24,000 nucleotides of DNA from an uncultured candidatus Brocadiaceae bacterium (lineage in GTDB: Bacteria > Planctomycetota > UBA11346). Under the pieces are notes generated by a model that saw nothing but the letters and a program-made list of their open reading frames with translations, ran no database searches and was not told the origin of the DNA. Position numbers and translations under genes: made by a program. This document shows positions 8,801-17,970 of this stretch, piece by piece. Position 1 is the stretch's first letter; every line of letters begins with the position of its first letter. Location: positions 12,445-36,444 of the forward strand of contig CAYONM010000010.1 of the NCBI GenBank assembly GCA_964405325.1. Direction: 5' to 3'.

Positions 8801-9308
8801 AGTCGTTGATCACCGAGAGCACTGCGTCGCGCTCTTGGACCCGCGATTGGACCATGGAGAGCAGCATTTCGCTTTCGATGCGGATCTTCAGGGCTCCCAC
8901 GTCCAGGTCGAAGGGCTCGATGGCCGGATCGCCCTCGGCACGGAAGATCAATTGCTGGCATTCCTGGGAGAACAGGTTGATCAGCACCTGTTCCACCATG
9001 CAGCGTTGGATCGTGGCGGCCTCGTCACCGGAGATCAGTCGCTGCTTCTGCAGCGTGTCCACGATCGGTGTGGCCTGATTCTGATACAGGGAACAGGCCA
9101 ATTGGAACATGGCCTGGTCGATCTTGTGGAACTCCAGAAAGGTCTTGGCGAGGACGATTTCCTTGTCTTCGCCAAGGTCGAGGAGCAGGAGCTGACCGTC
9201 TTCAAAATAGAAGCGGTAAATATGATCCGCCACGCCCACCACCAGGGCGCCGGAACGCCTGTCGGATGCGATGTTTTGAATCTCAGCGACCAGTCGGTTG
9301 TTCAACAT
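5832..9308 (-). CDS. Giant bitopic membrane protein 'B' (1158 aa): PATAN/DUF4388-like N-domain, TM, long helical region, PEGA-like domain, PQQ/BamB-like beta-propeller; function unknown
   Basis: ATG 9308-9306 is preceded by GAGGTG, which overlaps the upstream gene's TAG.
Domain map (hand motif calls):
- aa 5-125 (nt 8934-9296): LVAEIQNIASDRRSGALVV..YRFYFEDGQLLLL, DUF4388-like.
- aa 185-230: MMVDGAKNVRDIASSL..YLKSLRDHGLV.
- aa 233-280: Pro/Ala linker.
- aa 296-317 (nt 8358-8423): TM, LLVWSVLLIVLVSIGFLAFVVV.
- aa 320-775 (nt 6984-8351): Q/E/L/R/A-rich helical region.
- aa 776-845 (nt 6774-6983): LFLSTTPAKATISVEDAVIGTTPML..FQLDGYQS, PEGA-like.
- aa 850-1158 (nt 5835-6761): beta-propeller-like repeats (NTIRAVETATGLPVWEQ, GTLLQFDPDNGNLL, ADGIVRLY). 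Confidence 0.8.
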   Translation of the reverse strand: MLNNRLVAEIQNIASDRRSGALVVGVADHIYRFYFEDGQLLLLDLGEDKEIVLAKTFLEFHKIDQAMFQLACSLYQNQATPIVDTLQKQRLISGDEAATIQRCMVEQVLINLFSQECQQLIFRAEGDPAIEPFDLDVGALKIRIESEMLLSMVQSRVQERDAVLSVINDFNRVYYRTHVDPARTSINEMEQHVLMMVDGAKNVRDIASSLRESTINIACYLKSLRDHGLVSEQPPVYEEEPVDEAPAPSPAAAAAPVTIPASGNMTPQPAAGSPAAMDDFQVYSNSTLRPVGDNRLLVWSVLLIVLVSIGFLAFVVVRAQQTSVAVDALSTQLDGAIVSHQWQEAEKHVSEAMDLAGQDIALSAKLEQVCADKRVQITQKLEQLEKLVANRELNKTELRLQSYPTVIPPDSLIWQPQLVQKLDSLRSAYNTARANVQQQLSDLQDKVGKLLNSNQADTALGLVESVKLSLLREPLQKRLDEWRQRRIEELSGLEGMSTNARLRLIEQILKSGPNEEQQRTLTGMRNDLLQQQESIKKRLANALDMATRGLVDQAEGLSQGLQLEGEDSEIGLALRRLRQQLVKSRRDIDSARTAVQKAIASDVRGNDLQRAQQSLKQVMADYPAIAESSEFEQLLNWCGQLQEAIDNMTLQEELIQIAGLLQQPNLDKTAQMVLQERQKNLQVLQQQAMEALESARELMRQRRAQAAKAQYQTVIDQLMWQRTEAAEIATKEIASADRLVAEQLADVERMHEAMAAGDIVAVRTLAEKLNLEQLPLFLSTTPAKATISVEDAVIGTTPMLIERLAADDRAETVYQFQLDGYQSVAVPAINARSGWQIAVNLKRVAVGKADCKQIISSRPAVIDGRVWVAGGRGVFAIDPQAEINRYWSGNNDAALAVQALDNPIYAPAARYGDHVYVTTRDNFVLEIDPKTSAVERGGISGQTNYAVVVFESDLIVDRRLYIIADLDNTIRAVETATGLPVWEQSCQSKVMSNPVIRDERLLVVLAEGTLLQFDPDNGNLLESTDIGDVVPAAWPTANGVGGYTMTGAWTFSDGRFQTSGLPAVVKRGGPGVFLSNENRIFLQQDDSSWKEIAPMRQRLTEAPMAWQGHAVLVHGKTATVMGPRPFTINSDQDMLAPCQLGELLVLSSADGIVRLYAP

Positions 9309-9318
9309 GGGGTCACCT

Positions 9319-12300
9319 CTATTCCAATCTCAAGGCCATGATAGCGCCGTCTTGCAGAGCGACGACCAGGAGGTCGTCTATGAATCCGATGGCCTGAGCC
9401 GCTTGGGGCAAGTGTCGTTGCCAGACCAGTCGAGTATCACGATAAGCGAGCAGTCGTCGATCGTTATCCGCGAGAATCGTGAAGGGGCCACGCACACCCG
9501 CACAGCTGACCGGAACCGCGGATGGAATGATCTGTGCTAATTGTCCATTGTCATGCACTTGGTGGATGCCGTCGGTGGTCGCCAGCAGCACTTGGCCGGC
9601 ATCGTGCATGGGTGGCTCCACCAGGCTGGCGGGCAAGGGTTGTTCCCAGCGCAGTTGCAGACCTTGTTGATCGGCGCCGACCAGGGCCAGGCGGCTATCG
9701 TCCAGCACCGCGATGTAGCGACCATGCTTCCATTGCCGCAGGTGGTCCACTTGGGCCGCCCCCAGATCCAGACGCCAGGCACGCACCCGGTCCACCTCGT
9801 TCCAGCCCAGCAGGTGGCCACTGATGGAGGCCATCAGCAGGATCTGATTGGTATCGTCGCGATAGAGACAGGGCCCGGCGATCAGCGGTTCGCCCACGTC
9901 CACGGTGCGCAATTGGCCGTCCACCACCAATTGCAGCGAGGACGCGGCCATGGCGTAGCGAAGTTCCGGACCAAACAGTTCGTTGCGGTAGAGTAGAGGA
10001 CGGTCGTATAGCGTGCCGTTCAGGTCCACCTGGAAGGTCTCACGGCCGGCGAAATTAAGCTGATGGATGATGCCGGCGCCATCGTCGTAGACGATCAGAT
10101 GGTCATCCTCGGCGATGGCGACGCTGCGGTGCCACCGGGGCGTGTCGCCCAGCCCCAGGTCCTGGATCCGCTTGCGCCAGAGCAGCTGCCCGTCGTTGTT
10201 CAGGCAGCCCAGGCCATCGCGTTGCCACAGTAGCAGGCGTCCTGGCCCCAGGCTCTGCAGACCGTCGGCGGGCTGATTGTTGCGGTAGGTCCACACGATG
10301 GCGCGTTGCGGTCGAACCTCCCAGCGCCAGTCGTCACTGAGTTCTTGGATGCGCGCTTCCACCGGCTCGCAGCCCGGATACTCGATACGCAGGCGTTCCG
10401 CCGAGTCGGGTTGGATGAACATCACCGTCGGCACGCTGCCGATGGATTGCCCGCCCCGCAAGACCCGGCCGCCGGGTACCGCGCTCTCGATCACCAGTGG
10501 CAGCACCAGCTGCTTGCGGGTATCCGGAAAATCCCGGTGCAGCTCCTGGCCGCGCGCGTGCATGCTGGCCCAGTCCTCTTGCTCGCGCGCGGCCTGGTAG
10601 GCCAGCTCCAGGTCGCGCCGTCGTTGGCCCTGGCGCCGTAATTCCTGGCGCAACGCTTGGACCGCTGGCAAGTGGCGGCTGCCGGGAAAACTGGCCAGGA
10701 AGCGTTCGATTGCAGCCATGTCGGGGTCCTGCTGCAGCACGGTCCAATTCCGATCGGCCTGCTGCTGATTGGCGCGGATCACCAGGACAATGGCGTTCAG
10801 GCGCGGGCCGGCCTGCCAGGACTTGGCGGTTTCCTGCAGTGCCGCGGCACTATCGAGGGCGGTACGGTAGTCGCGTTGTCCGGTTTGCTGCAGTTGTTCC
10901 AGACTGGCACGGAACTGCTGCAGCCGCTCGGTGAGACGATCGGCCATGGCGGCAGCATCGCGGGCGACGATGGTGTTGCTGCTGGTGCGCAGGTTCTCCG
11001 CCAGCTGGAGGGCGGCTTGCAGACGGCCTTCCTGCTCGGCCTGCGTGGCTTGCCGTAGTTGTGCCGGGGCCTGATCTGCCAGCGCCTGTTCGTCGGCGAT
11101 TTCGGCTTCGAGTCGTTTCAGCCGTTGTTCCAGCTCCACCAGTTGGACCGCGTGAATATCGCTGCCGAAGACCGTCTTGAACCGCTGCAGGGTGTTGCGC
11201 GCCGCTTCGGCTTGGCGGGCGGCCAGGTGCCGCTGGATGCGGACCAGATCCGCTTCGGCAAAGGACTGCCTGGCCTGGCTGACCAGCATCTCGATGGGAT
11301 GCCAGGCTTCGCTGGTATCACCGCCAACCTCGCTGGCGCGTTTGGTCAGCTCCTTTTTGATGTCGACGATCTCCAGATACGCGTTGGCGCCACCGTCTTG
11401 GCTGAGCAGCATTTCGGCGCGCTCGATTTGGGTGTCGGCGTATTCGCGGAATTCGCGGATACGATATTGCCGCAACAGGATCAGGAGCAGCGCGGCCAGC
11501 AGGACCAGCAAGGCGAAGCTGTAGACGATGCTCGCACGCCGATGATTGGCGACGGCCGTGGCCAGCATGCCTTGTAGCCGCGGTCGGCGGGCATCGTCCT
11601 CGCTGAGACTCTGTAGCGCACCTTTATAGCAGCGGACTGCGATATAGTATCGCCGGCTTTGATTGGCCTTGTTGCCGCGGACGATCAGCTGCTCCACCGT
11701 GTGGTGATGGGCCAGCATCTCCATTTCCCGCAAATGCTGGCGAATATGGCGGCTTTCCGGACGGGAGCGGGCGATTTCGCGCCAAATATCCAGGGCCGTG
11801 GTGTAATCGTGTCGATTCTTGGCCTCGACCGCTTGCTGCACATTGTTTCGGAATGTGCTGTCCTCGCTGCCGCCGACCGCAGCGAAGATATTGCTCTCCG
11901 AGCTATCGGTCGCCTGCCGGTGCGGATCGTGACCACAAAAAATACAGACCTCGTCCGACACCATCACCGGTCGGGTGCACTGCGAGCATTCGATCTCCAG
12001 GAGGGCTTTGCAGGCACTGCAGTGGCTGAGGCCACGTTTATTGACCTGGCCGCACTCGATGCAGAGCACTTCGTCCTGGCCGAATTCCCAAGCATCATTG
12101 TGCCGGACCGCCTGGGCCAGTAGATGGCGGGCGTCGATATCGCCGGGATTGCTGTCGAGCACCTCCAGGCACAGGTCCTGGGCGCTGTGCCAATGGCCAT
12201 CCTCCAGCTGCTGATAGGCCAGGTCCAGACGTTCGCGCCGGGCGCGTGCGAAATCGCCAGACTCGTCCAGGCACTGGATCAGCACCTTGCATTCGGTGAC

Positions 12301-13299
12301 GGCTTTGCCGTGGCTGAGCTCTATCGCGCGCCTGGCCGAAGCGAGGGCCTCGGTATGCGCTCCATCTGCCAGGTGCCCCAGGGCCAGCTGTCGATAACAG
12401 CCAGCGGCTTCGGGGGCGTCGCCGAAACGCTCCAGGGAAATGGCCAGGGCCCGGACCAAGCTGGAATCCGATGGATTGATGGCCAAAGCGCGGCGATACA
12501 GCCGGCTGCTGCGGCCGAAATCACCAACGCTGTCGTAATAGGCGGCGTTGTTGCGGATTTGTACATTGTCCAACGGGGCCAGCAGCTGGTGATCCAGCAG
12601 ATCCACCAGGACCGCGTAGACATCCAAGCGGGTGGCGACGCTTTCGGCGACCAGTTCCTCGACCGAGCGGATGCCGTCGATCAGGGGGATGACCGAATTG
12701 GCCGGATAATCCTGGGACAGGTCATCCAGCAGTTCGCGCGAGCCAGCGGTTTCGGTAAGTATGATGTCATTCGATGGTAGCGCCGAGCGAATGCGGCCCC
12801 ATTCGTCCAGGCGGCGAGCTGATTCCATCAGCAGGCTGTCGGCCTGCAGGCCGACGCCGAGTTTCTGGGAGCGAGCGATCATTTCATCGACGTTATCGGC
12901 CTGGCCGGATTCGACGAAGGTGAAGTTCGCTTCTTCCCAGGTGAACAGGTCGTAGAGCTGATCCTGCATCAATTGTTGAATAATGTCCCGGGTGCGCGCG
13001 TCCTGCAGCCGGCCGCTGTCGATAAGGCGGCCCAGGGTGACATAACCGCCGGAGCCGGTTTCTTCGATTTCGGCAAATTCGATATCGGCAATGACGCCAC
13101 AGGCTTCCATGCGCTGCAGCAGATCACGATCCCCTTGGACGCTGCGATCGATGATCTGCGTAACGACCCCATGGTCGAAGATCACATCAGCGCCTCGCTC
13201 GACCGCATCCAGGCTTAACACGCCGGTGGCATCGGTACGGGCAAGGGTCTGAAAAATCTCCGCCAGGGATAGGGTCCTGAGCGTGCCCGACAGAGCCAT
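9319..13299 (-). CDS. Giant bitopic membrane protein 'A' (1326 aa): PATAN/DUF4388 domain, TPR-like repeats, double zinc ribbon, TM, long helical region, PEGA-like domain, beta-propeller; function unknown
   Basis: ATG 13299-13297 verified; no SD upstream.
Domain map (hand motif calls):
- aa 3-128 (nt 12916-13293): LSGTLRTLSLAEIFQTLARTDATGVLSL..VIFDHGVV, canonical DUF4388/PATAN opening.
- aa 155-240: LLMESARRLDEW and PLIDGIRSVEELV segments.
- aa 250-400 (nt 12100-12552): TPR-like (YRRALAINPSDSS.., LEVLDSNPGDIDA..).
- aa 413-455 (nt 11935-12063): CIEC-x10-CSAC-x7-CSQC-x10-CIFC, double zinc ribbon.
- aa 590-610 (nt 11470-11532): TM, IVYSFALLVLLAALLLILL.
- aa 612-930 (nt 10510-11466): helical region.
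- aa 931-998 (nt 10306-10509): VIESAVPGGRVLRGGQSIGSVPTV..RIEYPGCEP, PEGA-like.
- aa 1000-1326 (nt 9322-10302): divergent beta-propeller-like repeats (DGLGCLNNDGQLLWRK, DGAIMALRLE). Confidence 0.8.
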   Translation of the reverse strand: MALSGTLRTLSLAEIFQTLARTDATGVLSLDAVERGADVIFDHGVVTQIIDRSVQGDRDLLQRMEACGVIADIEFAEIEETGSGGYVTLGRLIDSGRLQDARTRDIIQQLMQDQLYDLFTWEEANFTFVESGQADNVDEMIARSQKLGVGLQADSLLMESARRLDEWGRIRSALPSNDIILTETAGSRELLDDLSQDYPANSVIPLIDGIRSVEELVAESVATRLDVYAVLVDLLDHQLLAPLDNVQIRNNAAYYDSVGDFGRSSRLYRRALAINPSDSSLVRALAISLERFGDAPEAAGCYRQLALGHLADGAHTEALASARRAIELSHGKAVTECKVLIQCLDESGDFARARRERLDLAYQQLEDGHWHSAQDLCLEVLDSNPGDIDARHLLAQAVRHNDAWEFGQDEVLCIECGQVNKRGLSHCSACKALLEIECSQCTRPVMVSDEVCIFCGHDPHRQATDSSESNIFAAVGGSEDSTFRNNVQQAVEAKNRHDYTTALDIWREIARSRPESRHIRQHLREMEMLAHHHTVEQLIVRGNKANQSRRYYIAVRCYKGALQSLSEDDARRPRLQGMLATAVANHRRASIVYSFALLVLLAALLLILLRQYRIREFREYADTQIERAEMLLSQDGGANAYLEIVDIKKELTKRASEVGGDTSEAWHPIEMLVSQARQSFAEADLVRIQRHLAARQAEAARNTLQRFKTVFGSDIHAVQLVELEQRLKRLEAEIADEQALADQAPAQLRQATQAEQEGRLQAALQLAENLRTSSNTIVARDAAAMADRLTERLQQFRASLEQLQQTGQRDYRTALDSAAALQETAKSWQAGPRLNAIVLVIRANQQQADRNWTVLQQDPDMAAIERFLASFPGSRHLPAVQALRQELRRQGQRRRDLELAYQAAREQEDWASMHARGQELHRDFPDTRKQLVLPLVIESAVPGGRVLRGGQSIGSVPTVMFIQPDSAERLRIEYPGCEPVEARIQELSDDWRWEVRPQRAIVWTYRNNQPADGLQSLGPGRLLLWQRDGLGCLNNDGQLLWRKRIQDLGLGDTPRWHRSVAIAEDDHLIVYDDGAGIIHQLNFAGRETFQVDLNGTLYDRPLLYRNELFGPELRYAMAASSLQLVVDGQLRTVDVGEPLIAGPCLYRDDTNQILLMASISGHLLGWNEVDRVRAWRLDLGAAQVDHLRQWKHGRYIAVLDDSRLALVGADQQGLQLRWEQPLPASLVEPPMHDAGQVLLATTDGIHQVHDNGQLAQIIPSAVPVSCAGVRGPFTILADNDRRLLAYRDTRLVWQRHLPQAAQAIGFIDDLLVVALQDGAIMALRLE

Positions 13300-13305
13300 A
13301 AACCC

Positions 13306-13334
13306 AAGTTATTATTGCACATGGCAACTGTCAA
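13306..13334 (-). promoter_or_regulatory. Candidate sigma70-type promoter for gene A, positioned for a leaderless or near-leaderless transcript
   Basis: The minus strand reads TTGACA (13334-13329), a 17-nt spacer, TAACTT (13311-13306), then GGGTTT and ATG (13299). The -35 is perfect and the -10 is weak (3 of 6). The A of the ATG is the 7th nt after the -10 hexamer. No Shine-Dalgarno sequence is present. Confidence 0.25.
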
Positions 13335-13425
13335 TCGACCCCCCCAGAAGCATCGGACCAGCCTGTGACGGATCCCATCGGGAGGGGCCTTGGCGAAAGC
13401 CGGTCAGGGCTTCTGATGCCCGGCC

Positions 13426-14330
13426 ATGGCCTGCTCCGCCTATCTGACCTGCCCGGCCTATCCGCTGCGCGATGCGCAGATGCTTTTGCATGCGCAACTT
13501 TGCGCAGATGGCTGGGCTCGTGAGCTTGGGTGGCAGCTGCAGTGGAGTCCCTTGTGCTGGCGTTTCGGCCCACGAGGGCAGTGGCATCCGGCCGCTGATC
13601 GGGCCGCGGATCTACACCAGGCGTTGGATCACACGCTGCTCTGGGGGCTGCGTGGTGGTTACGGCTGCGTCGAACTGATCACGGAAATGCAGGGTTGGGG
13701 CGCTGATGGTCCGGCCGTGGTGGGCTTCTCCGACCTGACCGTGCTGCACGCGCTGCGCTGGCGCCAGGGCGCGCGGCCGGGCATCTATGGTCCCATGCCG
13801 GCGGTAGCAGCTGGAGCACGGGCCCGTTGCAGCCTGATTGAGGCGGCCAGTGGCCGTGCCTGGCAGATCACCAGTGCGGAATCGGCTGGCCATGGCCAGC
13901 GCAGCGGTCAGGCCGAGGGCCGCTTGTTTGCCGCTTGTTTGCGGGTGCTGGCCAGTCTGGTCGGTACTCCGGCCCAGCCGGATCTGGATGGCAGCATCCT
14001 GGCCATCGAGGACATCGATGAAGCGCCGTATGCGGTGGATCGCGACCTACAGCAGCTGCATGCCGCTGGTCTGCTGCGCGGTGTCCGAGCTTTACTGGCG
14101 AATCGCTTCCCTTGGCAGCCGGAGGTGGATCATGGTGGTCCGCCAGCAGCAGCCGTGATTGCCGCTTGGGCCGAGCGGCTGGGCATCCCAGCTCTGGTCG
14201 GTTTGCCTTTTGGCCATGCTCCCGACCCACTGGCGCTGCCGCAGGGCCGTTTGGCCTGGCTGCGGGTGACCGGTCCGGACGAGTGGGGTTTTGGCTGGGC
14301 TGCCGGGGCTGGCCTGATGGGAGAGAAAGC

Positions 14331-14334
<4 letters not shown>
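13426..14334 (+). CDS. ldcA: LD-carboxypeptidase (peptidase S66, muramoyltetrapeptide carboxypeptidase-like), 302 aa
   Basis: S66 catalytic-triad contexts occur in the right order: GFSDLTVLH (Ser), EDIDEAPYAVDRDLQQL (Glu), GLPFGHAPDPLALPQG (His). Upstream lies RAADLHQALDHTLLWGLRGGYGCVELI, typical of the N-domain. The stop TGA 14332-14334 overlaps the uvrA GTG. Confidence 0.7.
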
Positions 14335-17219
<2,885 letters not shown>

Positions 17220-17444
17220 CGAAGGTGTTTCCCGATTTAACCGCTAGAAAAAGCATCCATGGGCCGGGAGTCAAGAAACCAAACTGTTGGAGCCGGGGCC
17301 GCTTGCGCTCCACGATCGGCAGCGGCTGGCCAGGCAAGGGCGCGAAGGTCAGGCGACCGAGTATCAAGCGCCTGGTAATGTCTCCCCTATTGCAGCATTG
17401 GACAAGGCGAAACGGCGGCTGTAGGAGATGATCCCGGTTGGGTA

Positions 17445-17473
17445 TTGCCGCTGGTCGGGCCAGCCAGATTATG
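17445..17473 (+). promoter_or_regulatory. Candidate sigma70-type promoter for the cytochrome b562-like gene
   Basis: TTGCCG (17445-17450), 17-nt spacer, ATTATG (17468-17473). This lies about 38 nt upstream of ATG 17512, with AGGAG at 17501-17505. Hexamer match only. Confidence 0.2.
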
Positions 17474-17511
17474 CCGGATTCACATCGACACTCTGCTGTA
17501 AGGAGATTCCC

Positions 17512-17901
17512 ATGCGCCACCTGCTGGTGATTGCCGCTCTGTTCATCATGGCCGCGCCATTCGCGCAGGCGGCCAGTATCCACGACGCCATGGCGGAAGT
17601 CGGCGATGCCTACAAGACGCTGGGCAAAGGTCTGCGCCGTCCAGATCCTGCCGACCATGCCGAATACCTAGCTGCAGCGCAGAAACTGCAGTTGAATCTG
17701 GTCATGGCCAAGGACCAGGCCCCAGAGAAGGCTGGCGGTGATCCCGAGCAGATCACCCTGTACCGCAGCATCATGGCCAAGACTCTGCTGACCGCGGTGA
17801 AGCTGGAGATCGCGCTGCTGGACCAGGACTACGAGGCTGCCGGTGACCTGGTGAAAGCGCTCAAAGCGCTCAAGGGCAAGGGCCACGACAAGTTCGAGTA
17901 A
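17512..17901 (+). CDS. Secreted four-helix-bundle cytochrome b562-family protein (129 aa precursor)
   Basis: AGGAG lies 6 nt upstream of ATG 17512. Signal peptide MRHLLVIAALFIMAAPFAQA/AS. The mature N-terminus SIHDAMAEVGDAYKTL parallels E. coli b562 ADLEDNMETLNDNLKV (Met axial ligand). The C-terminus LKALKGKGHDKFE parallels TTRNAYHKKYR (His axial ligand). Length and helical character agree. This is a hand alignment from memory of CybC. Confidence 0.6.
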   Translation: MRHLLVIAALFIMAAPFAQAASIHDAMAEVGDAYKTLGKGLRRPDPADHAEYLAAAQKLQLNLVMAKDQAPEKAGGDPEQITLYRSIMAKTLLTAVKLEIALLDQDYEAAGDLVKALKALKGKGHDKFE

Positions 17902-17914
17902 AGGGAGCGAGTCG

Positions 17915-17958
17915 GCCAACAAAAACCCGCGCTTGTTCAAGCGCGGGTTTTTGTTGGC
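17915..17958. terminator. Bidirectional rho-independent terminator between convergent genes
   Basis: GCCAACAAAAACCCGCGCTTG (17915-17935) and CAAGCGCGGGTTTTTGTTGGC (17938-17958) are perfect reverse complements: 21-nt arms with a 2-nt centre. The GC-rich core stem CCCGCGC/GCGCGGG is flanked by an A-tract and a T-tract, giving a T-run after the hairpin on either strand. Confidence 0.75.
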
Positions 17959-17970
17959 AAGACGCCGGTT

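Noticed and set aside
14112-14330. 73-codon N-terminal extension of uvrA in the ORF track
   Set aside because: The extension (MAAGGGSWWSASSSRDCRLGRAAG...) has no UvrA similarity and overlaps the 3' end of ldcA in another frame. UvrA homology starts at GTG 14331, which forms a GTGA stop/start overlap.
17428-17511. 28-codon upstream extension of the cytochrome b562-like ORF
   Set aside because: The internal ATG 17512 is preceded by AGGAG at optimal spacing and starts a textbook signal peptide. The extension (MIPVGYCRWSGQPDYAGF...) would put the signal peptide internally.
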